A DNA stretch of 64,000 nucleotides from Candidatus Latescibacterota bacterium (GCA_965206595.1 OZ242214.1:2112001-2176000); one strand, 5' to 3'; shown: positions 1 to 9,703, numbered from the stretch's first letter. The notes: generated by a model not told the origin, from the letters alone. Numbers and translations: made by a program.

Positions 1-972
1 GGACTCGCGCAGCCGCGGGATCAGCGGGTTGACCGCGGCGACGTAGAAGAACGAGGGCAGGAAGATGGCGACCGTCGCCACCAGGGCTCCCCAGGGGCCG
101 GCGATCACGTAGCCGATGAAGGTCGCCGTCGACAGCACCGGGCCGGGGGTGAACTGGCCCACGGCAACCGCCTCCATCAGCTGCTCGCCGGTGATGAGGC
201 CGAGATCGTCGACGAGGCCGCCTTCGAGGAAGGCGATCAGCACGTAGCCGCTGCCGAAGAGGACGGCCCCGACTTTCAGGAAGAAGAGGCCGAGTGCCCA
301 CAGCGGCACCGATACTGCGGCTCCGCCCGCGGCCATGGCGGCCGCGGAAATCGCCGCGGCCCGCGCCGGCACGGCTCCCAGGGCCGCGGTCAGACCGGCC
401 CAGACCGCGGGCCCGGCCGGTTTCCGGATGCCGAGCCAGAGCATCCCGAGGAGGCCGGCGGCGAGCAGGGCCACCACCTCGAATCCCTGTCTGTAGGAGA
501 CCGCGGCCACCGCGATCCCGATCAGCGCCAGGCGCCAGTCCCGGGCCGCGGTGCGCCCGAGCCGGAGGAGGGCCGCGGCGATGACGGCGACGACCACCGG
601 CTTCACCCCGGCGAGGATCGGCTCCAGCTCCGGCAGGGTTCCCCAGCGCACGTACACGGCGGCGAGCACCCCCGTGATGAGGACCGCCGGGAGAATGAAG
701 CAGATTCCCGCGGTCAGCAGTCCGGGCCAGCCGCCGCGGCGGTACCCGACATGGATCGCCATCTCGGTCGAGTTCGGCCCCGGGATCAGGTGCGTCGCCC
801 CCAGGAGATCGAGGAAGCTTTCGCGCGACAGCCACTTGCGGCGCCCGACGACCTCCTCCTCCATCATGGCGATGTGCGCCGCGGGGCCGCCGAAGCCGAT
901 AGTCCCCAGCTTCAGGAAAAGGCGGGCAATCGCCCCGACCGGGACCGGACGCGGCTCCTTCGTCTCCGTCAT
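1..972 (-). CDS. chrA: Chromate efflux transporter ChrA (3' end runs off window)
   Basis: Manual translation from ATG at 972: MTETKEPRPVPVGAIARLFLKLGTIGFGGPAAHIAMMEEEVVGRRKWLSRESFLDLLGATHLIPGPNSTEMA; second FGSG/TPGP half-domain near 130-270. Confidence 0.9.
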   Translation of the reverse strand, partial: MTETKEPRPVPVGAIARLFLKLGTIGFGGPAAHIAMMEEEVVGRRKWLSRESFLDLLGATHLIPGPNSTEMAIHVGYRRGGWPGLLTAGICFILPAVLITGVLAAVYVRWGTLPELEPILAGVKPVVVAVIAAALLRLGRTAARDWRLALIGIAVAAVSYRQGFEVVALLAAGLLGMLWLGIRKPAGPAVWAGLTAALGAVPARAAAISAAAMAAGGAAVSVPLWALGLFFLKVGAVLFGSGYVLIAFLEGGLVDDLGLITGEQLMEAVAVGQFTPGPVLSTATFIGYVIAGPWGALVATVAIFLPSFFYVAAVNPLIPRLRES

Positions 973-1254
973 CGGTAGTGAAACCCTGTTGTCATCAACA
1001 GGTGCCTGGTGTCGCGCTCCTTCCGGCGTCGATTCGGCCGAACCAGCATCAGGGGAAATCGACCCGTTGTCCAACCACATCATCCGTGGATTCACCTCAT
1101 TGCTCTTTCTGGGGCTCCTGCGGTCCGGGCCCTTCGGCATAGGTGGGACGGCTCGCCGGAAAATAACCCGGCTCTTCCCCGGCTCAAACTGCTCCTCACC
1201 CCTGTTTTCCTTAGTCTTGTCGCCCACTTCTTCCCCTGACCAGGAGCTGGTTCA

Positions 1255-2551
1255 ATGTCGATCAGGACAGGTGCGGCCCAAACCGACATAACCCCTGCCG
1301 GGCCGGTGTGGATGGCCGGGTACGGGGACCGCGACCGGCGCTCCGAGGGGGTGTACCAGCCCCTGAGCGCCGGGGCGATCTATCTCGGGGGAGCTGCCGA
1401 CGAGGCCCTGCTGATCGCCGCGGACCTCATCGGCTTCGACCTCGCGTACGCGGCGCAGGCGAAGCAGCGGATCGCCGCGGCCACCGGCATGCTGCCGCGG
1501 CAGGTGGTGCTGACGGCGACGCACACCCATTGCGGCCCGCTCTTCTACCCGATGATGATGCCGGGCGAGCCGGAGCTGGAGTACGCCGGGCAGCTGTGCG
1601 AACGGCTGGTCGCCGTCGCCGTGGCCGCCCGCGGCGGCGCCGTTGCCGGGCGGGTCTCCTTTTCGAGGACGCGCTCCGGGTTCGGGGTCAACCGCCGGTT
1701 GCCGCGCCATGGCAAGAGCGGTGTTCGCTCCCAATCCGGACGGACCGGTCGACCGCGACCTCGACACCCTCTGGTTCGAGAGCGAAGCCGGCAAGCTGCT
1801 GGCAACCCTGACCGTGTACGGCTGTCACGCCACCAGCATGGGCGGCTACCTGGTCGGCGGGGATTACCCCGGGTTCCTCTGCGCGGGACTGCGGGAAAAA
1901 ACGGGGGCGCCGGCGTTCTTCAGCGCCGGATGCGCCGGCGACGTGCGGCCCTGGTACAACCCTGGGGGAGTCGGCTTCCGGCGCCCTGAGATCGACGAGG
2001 TCGCCGCCGCGGGAAGCGGCCTCGCCGAGGAAGTGCTGGCCGGCCGGGCTTCCTCGCTTCCTGTCGAGGCGGATGGGCTCGAGATCGCAGGTGACTTCCA
2101 CCTGCTCCCCTACGCGGGTCTCCCCGACGCCGCCCACCTCGACCGCTTCGCCGCCCGGGAAGCGGGACAGCGCCGCCGCTGGGCGCAATACATGAAGGAG
2201 CTGCTTTCCCTGGGAGCGCTGCCGGGGGGCTGTCCGCACGAGGTCCAGGTGCTTCAGCTCAACCCGGAATTCCGCGTTCTATTTCTGGGAGGGGAGGTGC
2301 TGAGCGAGATCGGCCTGCACCTGAAGCGGGCCCTGTCTCCCGCGGTCACCGTCGCCGCGGCCTGCAGCAACGGCCTGATCGGGTACATCCCCTCGAAGAA
2401 CGCCTACCCGCTGGGCGGGTACGAAGTCGACGGATCCCACCACTACTTCCGCCTGCCGGCGCCCTTCACCGAGGACGTCGAGGACCGGCTGGTGAGCAAG
2501 AGCGTCAGCGTCGTGGAGTCGATACGCCGGGCACCCCGTGGCCTTGCGTGA
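1255..2551 (+). pseudogene. Neutral/alkaline ceramidase-like hydrolase, split by a +1 frameshift near 1716
   Basis: DITP..MAGY, ATHTHCGP and GVNRR in ORF 1255-1989 continue as PNPDGPVD, GCHATS, DYPG, GCAGD, GYIP..GGYE in ORF 1643-2551; removing one A in GGCAAGAGCG restores the frame. Confidence 0.75.
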
Positions 2552-2573
2552 ACCTCCTCCCCGCGGTCCCCAT

Positions 2574-3676
2574 GTTTCAATCCGCTCCCCTCACCGAAGC
2601 GAGGGGAGATTTTGTGCCCTGGTACTTGTTTCAATCCGCTCCCCTCACCGAAGCGAGGGGAGATAGCCATGCGCAGCCTGTGGCGGGATGTGACCAGTTT
2701 CAATCCGCTCCCCTCACCGAAGCGAGGGGAGGGAGACAAGCGAGGCTGATCTCGACGCGAGAATGTTTCAATCCGCTCCCCTCACCGAAGCGAGGGGAGA
2801 TTTTCCGGCGGCGAAGCGGAGAAATCCCAACTTGAGCGGTTTCAATCCGCTCCCCTCACCGAAGCGAGGGGAGATCCGTTGACCCCCAGACTGGTGACGA
2901 TCGTAGCCAGGCTGTTTCAATCCGCTCCCCTCACCGAAGCGAGGGGAGATCCCCCGAGGCGGTCGGCGGGATCGATCTTTCTGTTTCAATCCGCTCCCCT
3001 CACCGAAGCGAGGGGAGATCCCGACCTCCTCGACGCTCGGGCCCCGACCTCCTAGCCGTTTCAATCCGCTCCCCTCACCGAAGCGAGGGGAGATATGCTC
3101 GGCTGGCGTAGCGATTCAGCTACTTCCGAACGTTTCAATCCGCTCCCCTCACCGAAGCGAGGGGAGATCCAGAAGGAAGGGGCCGAACTTCCTTGCCAAA
3201 CGAGGGGTTTCAATCCGCTCCCCTCACCGAAGCGAGGGGAGATTCCGCGCACCTGGGCGAGGCTTCGGCTTCCTGGTAGTTTCAATCCGCTCCCCTCACC
3301 GAAGCGAGGGGAGATCGATACCCTGGAGGTATTCGAGTATTTCTCCGGCGTTTCAATCCGCTCCCCTCACCGAAGCGAGGGGAGATCTGTCGTTTATGGC
3401 CACTTCAACCAACATCGGGAGCAGTTTCAATCCGCTCCCCTCACCGAAGCGAGGGGAGATGTAATGGGGTTCTGAAAATTTCCGGCCTTCTTGTAAGTTT
3501 CAATCCGCTCCCCTCACCGAAGCGAGGGGAGATCTTTCTCCGAAGGGAATGAACAAACGAAGGGGGAGTTTCAATCCGCTCCCCTCACCGAAGCGAGGGG
3601 AGATTCTGGAATCCAAGAACGGGCTGCAAATCCCAGCTTGTTTCAATCCGCTCCCCTCACCGAAGCGAGGGGAGAT
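2574..3676 (-). CRISPR. Type I-C CRISPR array, 16 repeats of 37 bp and 15 spacers (17-38 bp)
   Basis: Repeat on minus strand ATCTCCCCTCGCTTCGGTGAGGGGAGCGGATTGAAAC with CTCCCCTC/GAGGGGAG stem and ATTGAAAC 3' end; repeat starts on plus strand at 2574, 2628, 2697, 2765, 2839, 2914, 2983, 3058, 3132, 3207, 3279, 3350, 3424, 3497, 3568, 3640. Confidence 0.99.
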
Positions 3677-3858
3677 TGCTGGTTGCAGTAACCAGCAGAA
3701 TAACAAAGGGTTACACAGACCAATGCGCGATTCGGTGAAATCGTTGCCAGGAAGGGCCTGACCCGACTGTCGAAAACCGCGATAACCTGTTGCCATGCAG
3801 CCACTTTCCAGTTGCGCGAAAGCATGGACAAAACTCCGGCACTCCACTTTCGCGCGGG
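3677..3858 (-). promoter_or_regulatory. CRISPR leader
   Basis: Non-coding gap between cas2 and first repeat; GCGCGAAAG...CTTTCGCGC inverted repeat, IHF-like TAACAAAGGGTTA, repeat-proximal palindrome TGCTGGTT-N5-AACCAGCA. Confidence 0.8.
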
Positions 3859-4149
3859 CTACAAAACCAGTGGTGCGTTCAGGTCCACGGGTTCCTTGAT
3901 TCCGTGATGTTCCGTCTCCTTTCTGGCGTCTTCGTCGATGTGATAAAACCTGAGAGAATCCTGTTTTGGATCGATTTTCTGCAGCAGACGGTTCCTGAGC
4001 GTTGCCCATTCGGTTTTTCCTACCTGACATTCGAACAGCGATTTTTGCACCCGAACGCCGTAATCCTTACAGGCTCTTGCCACTTGGCGCAGCCGCTTTT
4101 GCCCGGCTCGGTCGACAGTGGAAACGTCGTATGCGATCAGGATAAACAT
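3859..4149 (-). CDS. cas2: CRISPR-associated Cas2
   Basis: MFILIAYDVST...RVQKSLFEC...DSLRFY; 96 aa. Confidence 0.97.
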   Translation of the reverse strand: MFILIAYDVSTVDRAGQKRLRQVARACKDYGVRVQKSLFECQVGKTEWATLRNRLLQKIDPKQDSLRFYHIDEDARKETEHHGIKEPVDLNAPLVL

Positions 4150-4198
4150 GCGTCAATCCCTTCAATCCGTTCTTCTCATCAAGCGCGGGGTGATACTG

Positions 4199-5260
4199 CT
4201 ACTTCGAGATGAATGGGATGTAGTCGGAGATGTCGCCGCGAAGTGTTCGGGCCAACAGCCTGGCTTGAACACTGAACACTTGCCCGATACGAATATTCTG
4301 CTTGAACAGGGGGTGCTTTACTTCTGCTTGCTTGCGCCGTTGCCAAGCCTCGATGACCTCCTTCCTTCCCCGGTCGGTGAATTCTACGGCGCCGCCTTCT
4401 CGTTCGCGAAAGTGCTTGGACTCGATCTGCCGACGATTGACGAGGGTCAATGCCAGTCGCTCTGCCAGACAGGGCCGAAACTCTTCCATCAGGTCGAGGG
4501 CGCAGGCGGGCCTCCCGGCGCGCGTCGCATGAAGCCAGCCGACGTATGGGTCAAGCCCCGAGGTCGTCAGCGCGGCGAGGCAATCGTGGCGGAGCAGAGC
4601 ATAGATGAAGGAGAGCAGGCAGTTTATCCGATCCCGGGGCGGACGCCGCGTGCGGGTTACGAACCTGAAATCTTCGCGCTGTTGTTTGAGCATGCATCGG
4701 AACACCGAGAAATACGCCTTGGCGCCCAGGCCCTCCATGCCCCTGATCGGGTCGAGCGCTTCCCGTAGCCCGCAATCTGGGGCAACGGGCGGGGCATTGC
4801 CGAGTTGGTGAATCAGTTGGGCAAGTTCATCAGCCGCGCCCGTCAATGCCTTGCGATCCGCATCGCCATCGGTTTCCCGGCCGGAGCGCAAGAGGTTGGA
4901 GCGTGCGTTTTGCATTTTCCCCGCGACGAACTGCCGGGCGATGCGAGTCGCGTCCCGCGGGCTGTCCGCTGCGGCATACTGAGCACGCCGCAGCAAGTAG
5001 CGGGTGTCTCCACTTCCCAAGACTTGCGCCAAGAGGTAGCCGTTCTCGGTGTGGTAATGCACCGCCACCTGATGATCCCAGCACAGGGCCATGGCCGGCG
5101 GCGTAACCACGACCTGCCCGAACGCGCAAATACTTTCCAGATGGTGAATCGGCACGGTCAGGCGGGTTTGTTTTTCGATCTCGACCCGGAGTGTCAAGTG
5201 ATCCCTGAGCACCACGGTTTTCGGTGTCGTCAAGTAAAGAGTGTTTTGGATAACGGCCAT
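4199..5260 (-). CDS. cas1: CRISPR-associated Cas1 (I-C)
   Basis: NTLYLTT, EGLGAKAYF, RTRRPPRDRINCLLSFIY, GLDPYVGWLH, ALDLMEEFRP. Confidence 0.97.
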   Translation of the reverse strand: MAVIQNTLYLTTPKTVVLRDHLTLRVEIEKQTRLTVPIHHLESICAFGQVVVTPPAMALCWDHQVAVHYHTENGYLLAQVLGSGDTRYLLRRAQYAAADSPRDATRIARQFVAGKMQNARSNLLRSGRETDGDADRKALTGAADELAQLIHQLGNAPPVAPDCGLREALDPIRGMEGLGAKAYFSVFRCMLKQQREDFRFVTRTRRPPRDRINCLLSFIYALLRHDCLAALTTSGLDPYVGWLHATRAGRPACALDLMEEFRPCLAERLALTLVNRRQIESKHFREREGGAVEFTDRGRKEVIEAWQRRKQAEVKHPLFKQNIRIGQVFSVQARLLARTLRGDISDYIPFISK

Positions 5261-5321
5261 GTTTTATCTCCCATTATCGAAGCAAGTGGGGACCTCGCTT
5301 CGCACCGAGAGCCGGACGAGT

Positions 5322-6023
5322 CTATTCGGTAGTATCGAACACTGCCCGATAGGCTCGCCCCAGCGTGGGCGGAGCGCTGGTGATTTCGGGAAGGCAATGG
5401 TCGAAAAGCGAGCACTCCGAACATTGGGGCTTGTGGACGGCTTGGGGGACCACTTCCCCTTCGATCAGTCGGTGCATGGCTTCGATGGCCTGTTCGGTGA
5501 GGCGGCGCAAATCCTCGGTAAATTCCACCTCTCGGCGGCGCTTGCTCTTGGCGTGGAAGATCGCCCCCTTGGGAATGTCTAGTCCGAACATTTCTTCGAG
5601 GCACAACGCTTGCGCGCAAAGCTGGGCGTCGTCGTTGTCGAACTTGCGGCGTTTGCCCTTTTTGTATTCAACTGGATAGAGACTGTTGATATTCTCAGGC
5701 GAAAATCGGGATTTTTTTAGCTTTGAGTAGCTTTTGAATTTCACCTCAACAATATCACACTTTCCAGAAAGGCCCAGCCTTTGGGACCACACCGGCAATG
5801 CCCGAAGCACTTCTGTATCTGCCGCTTTCTCATACCCTGGCACATCGGCCTGTTCATGAAATTGACTGCCGATCAGTGTGTGCTCGTTATCGGCAAAGGT
5901 GCCCTCGACATGAATCAATGCCGCCCGCCGAGGGCAATAGAGGTACTGGTTGATAGCGGAGAGCGGAATGATCCGCCCCTCGCTATCGAATGGGTGGACC
6001 GGCTGGATAACCAATTCACTCAT
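5322..6023 (-). CDS. cas4: CRISPR-associated Cas4
   Basis: LSAINQYLYCPRR, GKCDIVE, PVEYKKGK, QLCAQALCLEEM, C-terminal CxxC-x5-C Fe-S cysteines. Confidence 0.95.
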   Translation of the reverse strand: MSELVIQPVHPFDSEGRIIPLSAINQYLYCPRRAALIHVEGTFADNEHTLIGSQFHEQADVPGYEKAADTEVLRALPVWSQRLGLSGKCDIVEVKFKSYSKLKKSRFSPENINSLYPVEYKKGKRRKFDNDDAQLCAQALCLEEMFGLDIPKGAIFHAKSKRRREVEFTEDLRRLTEQAIEAMHRLIEGEVVPQAVHKPQCSECSLFDHCLPEITSAPPTLGRAYRAVFDTTE

Positions 6024-6060
6024 GTTTCAATCCGCTCCCCTGCCGAATTGAGAGGAAGCA
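6024..6060 (-). repeat. Solitary degenerate CRISPR repeat abutting the cas4 ATG
   Basis: Minus strand TGCTTCCTCTCAATTCGGCAGGGGAGCGGATTGAAAC; the 3' 18 nt are identical to the array repeat; 10-bp direct repeat TTCACTCATG at 6015-6024 and 6072-6081. Confidence 0.9.
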
Positions 6061-6072
6061 TATACGTGCAGT

Positions 6073-7026
6073 TCACTCATGACGCCTGTGTAGGAGAACG
6101 CCAGCGGGCACATCGGCACTGTCCCACCCACATCCAACCTCATAATCGGCGAAGGATTCGGGGAATTCCGCGCCATCCTTCAGTTTCACCTCGATTCCCT
6201 CAAAGAGCTTGTGGGCATGGGCACAGCCGAGACGGGCTTCGCGTTTGTTTTGTTCGGCGTTGTTTTCATGTTGGGTGCCGACATGCTCAAAGTCGTAAAT
6301 ACCTCGCACTACCATTTCACCGCGGGCAGCGGAGCGATCATGCTCGAACATGTGGTTGAGCGCATCGAAAAGGATTTCGAGGTCGGCGTTGGTGAAACCG
6401 GTGCGCTCGGCGAAAGCAGGCGAGACGTAAACCTTGGCTGCGTAGAGAGCGTATGGGACGATGTGCTTATTGCCCATGGTACGTTCTTTGTCGGCATCTT
6501 CCTCTTTGGTGACGGCTCCACGGGTGATGGAGATTTCCAATGGCGTGATCGGATGGTACGACTGGCCAAAGGTGAACTGTACCGGGCCACGCACTTGGCC
6601 CCAAGCAGAGCCTTTCATGATGTCGTCGCCCACGGAAAGCACACCACCAAAGGCGCGAATATCAAAGAACTCGCGACACAGCCATTTCATGGCCACTTCT
6701 TGCTTTTGGTCTTTAGAAGCACCAGAATCCAAACTCTCGCCACTTTTCTTAACGGCGGTTGCGATTTCGTTGCCAAGAATAGCACCTTGCCTGACGAATA
6801 GGTTGAAGCCATTGCCATTGTCGCTAGCACGCTCGGGTGGGAACGTTTCCACGAAGTTGCGCACCTTGCGCTTGAGGCACACGTCGGAGACGATTCCCCG
6901 ATTGGTGTTGTGGTCTTGGCGCGGCATGTTACCAGCATCGGGATCGCCATTGGGATTTCCGTTGGTGACCTCGAAGAGCAGCAAAATATCATGCCGATTG
7001 GTGAGAATGTCGTTGTTTTGACTCAC
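6073..7026 (-). CDS. cas7: Cas7c/Csd2 Cascade backbone
   Basis: NGNPNGDPDAGNMPR, SDVCLKRKVRN, FFDIRAFG, QVRGPVQF, RTMGNKHIVPYALY, MFEHDRSAARG. Confidence 0.97.
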   Translation of the reverse strand: MSQNNDILTNRHDILLLFEVTNGNPNGDPDAGNMPRQDHNTNRGIVSDVCLKRKVRNFVETFPPERASDNGNGFNLFVRQGAILGNEIATAVKKSGESLDSGASKDQKQEVAMKWLCREFFDIRAFGGVLSVGDDIMKGSAWGQVRGPVQFTFGQSYHPITPLEISITRGAVTKEEDADKERTMGNKHIVPYALYAAKVYVSPAFAERTGFTNADLEILFDALNHMFEHDRSAARGEMVVRGIYDFEHVGTQHENNAEQNKREARLGCAHAHKLFEGIEVKLKDGAEFPESFADYEVGCGWDSADVPAGVLLHRRHE

Positions 7027-7049
7027 GATGATTTCCTTTCTGTGGAGGA

Positions 7050-8897
7050 TTATTGGTTGCTTCCCTTTTTTTCTTTTGCTGCCTCGCGGGCGACGCGATC
7101 AGCGGCTTTTTGCTGATAAAAGCCGAGGGCAAAACGCCCCTGCGCGTGCAAATCCAGTGTACGGGGGAATGGGTAGATTTTAGTTGACACTTCTTGAATA
7201 GCCTCGTCTAAGAAGCGGTCATGTCCTTTGTACTTATCGGATTTGCGGATATTGTTGAGATGGTGGCGGTTGAGCTTGAGGAGGACGGGGAACACCGAGG
7301 CTGGCGAAGCCATGGCAGTACCAAAATAACGCTCGACGACTCCGGCCCCTTCGAGCTGATAATCATGTGCCTTGGCTTGGGTCTCGGCGAGTACAGCGAG
7401 TAGGCGTCCGCATTGATAGGCGGCATCTTTCGCTTTTGCGTCCTGTTGTTCAGTAATTTCCATAGTGCTTTCCTTTCGGTTCCGATTGAGAATGAGCTTC
7501 GCCAAGGCGAACCGTGAATGGTTCAACAATGCCGTGCTTCCATCGCGTGCCATATCAACGCGCAGGCGGTTCAACATGGGATGCAAAAGAGCAAGCGAGG
7601 GCGCAGTCCCTTCCAGCGCGGTACGAAACAACTGAGCGGTCACTTCCGTCTGCAAATCTTTTGCGTCGCGTACTGTAGTGCAAGCTAATCGGAACAGGGC
7701 TAGTGGCGGCATCTTTTCTTTGCCGGTGGGCAGGCGCACCGGCTCCAGATCGAGATCGTGGAACCAGCGCCGCAGGTTTTCCGTGGCGGTTTCCAGCGTA
7801 GTCTGCATCCAGTGGCGCACAACAATCCGCCCGCTGTTGCCTGCGAGAGTGACTGCATGGAATTGTTCCTGCCTCAGTGCCTCGCGTTCCCGGCCAGCCC
7901 ACGGAGACTTCAGGAAATCCGCCACTGCTTTGGGGTCGGCTTGGTTGAGTAAAGCCCCAAAAGTGCTGGTGGCGTCCGTTTCATTCCGGGTCCAAAAACA
8001 GCACGATGCTTGCCCTAAGCGGATAGAATGATCGTCGTGGCTAAGCATGGCATTAAGCGCGGTGCAATAGGCGGTGGCCGCCCGGGTGGAAGTAGAAGCG
8101 TTGAGACTTTGCTCAAAACCGTAGGAGGCGAAGGCATCCTTATCAAACGAGACAATCGCCGCGCCAAAGGCTTGGGTGTTGGGTACGCTTTGGATTTTGG
8201 GGTTGTGGGTCAGCGCAATAGGCTGATCGATCTCCCCGGTGACCAAGCAGAGTCCGTGAGGTGCATCCGCCTCGTGGTCTTCATTTTCCTTCTCGAATTG
8301 GCTCCGCCAAAAGGGCCGGATGCGAGTTTCATCCTCCAGCAGCAATTGTTCCTCCACACGGAATGAGAAGTTGTCCGGCCCCATTTTAACCTCTTCCCCA
8401 TCGGCTTTGGTGATCCACCAAGCAGGTTTCTCCCTAGACTTGGCGTCGGAACTGATACCCCAGCGCAAAAAAGATGGCATCTGCCCCGGTTCTGGCTTGA
8501 AGGCTAACAGAGTCTTGAGCGTAGGGCTGAGTGTTTTCTCATGGGCCTGTTCAATCTGTGCCCAAAAGTCATTGTACTTACGGAGGTTGTTCTCATTCCG
8601 GTTCTTCCGCTTCTTTTCGGACATAGGTTGTTCCGGATTTGTGTCCAATCCGAATACAGCCGTAATGCCGTCCGCCATGAACTCGGCCACCCCGCCAGCC
8701 ACCTTGGGCCGAGTTGTCTGTGGGCAATCGAACTCCTTGCCCCGGTTCCTTTCCCCCTCGGTTTCCACCGGTCCCTGCCCCACGAGATTGCCCATCGTGT
8801 CCAAAGTAATGATCCATCGCACCGCCTTGGGTTTGAAAGCTAGGTTATCGAGCAGGTTGCGAGAGTTCGCAAAATCGTTCAAATGTTGCAGCAGCAT
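7050..8897 (-). CDS. cas8c: Cas8c/Csd1 large subunit
   Basis: MLLQHL start, CLVTG, IVSFDKDAFASYG..Q, NSGRIVVR, AYQCGRLLAVL, QGRFALGFYQQ. Confidence 0.95.
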   Translation of the reverse strand: MLLQHLNDFANSRNLLDNLAFKPKAVRWIITLDTMGNLVGQGPVETEGERNRGKEFDCPQTTRPKVAGGVAEFMADGITAVFGLDTNPEQPMSEKKRKNRNENNLRKYNDFWAQIEQAHEKTLSPTLKTLLAFKPEPGQMPSFLRWGISSDAKSREKPAWWITKADGEEVKMGPDNFSFRVEEQLLLEDETRIRPFWRSQFEKENEDHEADAPHGLCLVTGEIDQPIALTHNPKIQSVPNTQAFGAAIVSFDKDAFASYGFEQSLNASTSTRAATAYCTALNAMLSHDDHSIRLGQASCCFWTRNETDATSTFGALLNQADPKAVADFLKSPWAGREREALRQEQFHAVTLAGNSGRIVVRHWMQTTLETATENLRRWFHDLDLEPVRLPTGKEKMPPLALFRLACTTVRDAKDLQTEVTAQLFRTALEGTAPSLALLHPMLNRLRVDMARDGSTALLNHSRFALAKLILNRNRKESTMEITEQQDAKAKDAAYQCGRLLAVLAETQAKAHDYQLEGAGVVERYFGTAMASPASVFPVLLKLNRHHLNNIRKSDKYKGHDRFLDEAIQEVSTKIYPFPRTLDLHAQGRFALGFYQQKAADRVAREAAKEKKGSNQ

Positions 8898-8899
8898 TA

Positions 8900-9703
8900 T
8901 CAGATCCCCTTGGGTTCGAGGATTTCAACTTCGTCGGGATGACAAGCCAAGGTAGAATCCTCTATCTTGGCGCGAAAGAAACAGGCCCTAGGTTGAGCCT
9001 TTTCGCCGACAAAACGCGGGGTATTCTTCTTGGTCTTGGATCCCAATTCATCGGGGCGTTTCCAGCGAAAACCTTGAGCGCGGGCCGTGGGCGAAAAAAC
9101 ATCGTAGAGCATCAAGCCCAAGTCCTCCACGGGCTGTCGCCAACAGGTGCCCAACTCAGTAGCTCGCTGTTCCAAGGTAGCCTGTGGATCATCCACCCAC
9201 TCGAAATCCGCCGCGAATTCACGCATACCCAAAGCAGGCCGGTGGAAGCACTTGCCTTGCTGAGCGCGGCGTTTGAATTCAGCGAAGTACTTCATCGGCG
9301 TATCGGTCGGGCGATCCGCTAACGGCGTGGTACGCAGTTCGGCACTGATGATGTATTCCACCTCTTGTAGCGCCAACATGTTGCGCTGGGTACCATCAGG
9401 CGCACCGCCCCCGGCCTCGATGGGCGATACTTTCTCCGGCTGTGCCATCCATTGGCCGACATTGCGCAGGCTGATGACCGACTGCACTTCATTGCGCCGA
9501 ATCGAAGCCCACCGGCCTCGCCGAATCACTCGGATGGCAGCGACGCAATAGCAAACTTGAGGTTCCCAAAAAACGGCTTCCAAGATTCCCCGTGCGGCAG
9601 AGGGCGTCATCACCGGATAGCTGACGCGCTCCACTTTCATTTCGGGGCGAGTGAAACAGGCCCAATCTCCCCATACTCTCAGGTGTACGTGGTTGTTTTT
9701 CAT
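8900..9703 (-). CDS. cas5: Cas5c/Cas5d crRNA-processing endoribonuclease
   Basis: VWGDWACFTRPEMKVERVSYPVMTPSAARGILEAVFW, RRNEV, GKCFHRPALGMREF, DLGLMLYD. Confidence 0.97.
   Translation of the reverse strand: MKNNHVHLRVWGDWACFTRPEMKVERVSYPVMTPSAARGILEAVFWEPQVCYCVAAIRVIRRGRWASIRRNEVQSVISLRNVGQWMAQPEKVSPIEAGGGAPDGTQRNMLALQEVEYIISAELRTTPLADRPTDTPMKYFAEFKRRAQQGKCFHRPALGMREFAADFEWVDDPQATLEQRATELGTCWRQPVEDLGLMLYDVFSPTARAQGFRWKRPDELGSKTKKNTPRFVGEKAQPRACFFRAKIEDSTLACHPDEVEILEPKGI

Noticed and set aside
1700-1725. Programmed frameshifting here, at about 53978 and at about 55185
   Set aside because: No clear slippery heptamer with stimulator; the latter two are in short homopolymers, so decay or sequencing error is more likely
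2443-4030. ORFs with repeated ISPRFGEGSGLK / FNPLPSPKRGE / FQSAPLTEARG
   Set aside because: Translations of CRISPR repeats, not proteins
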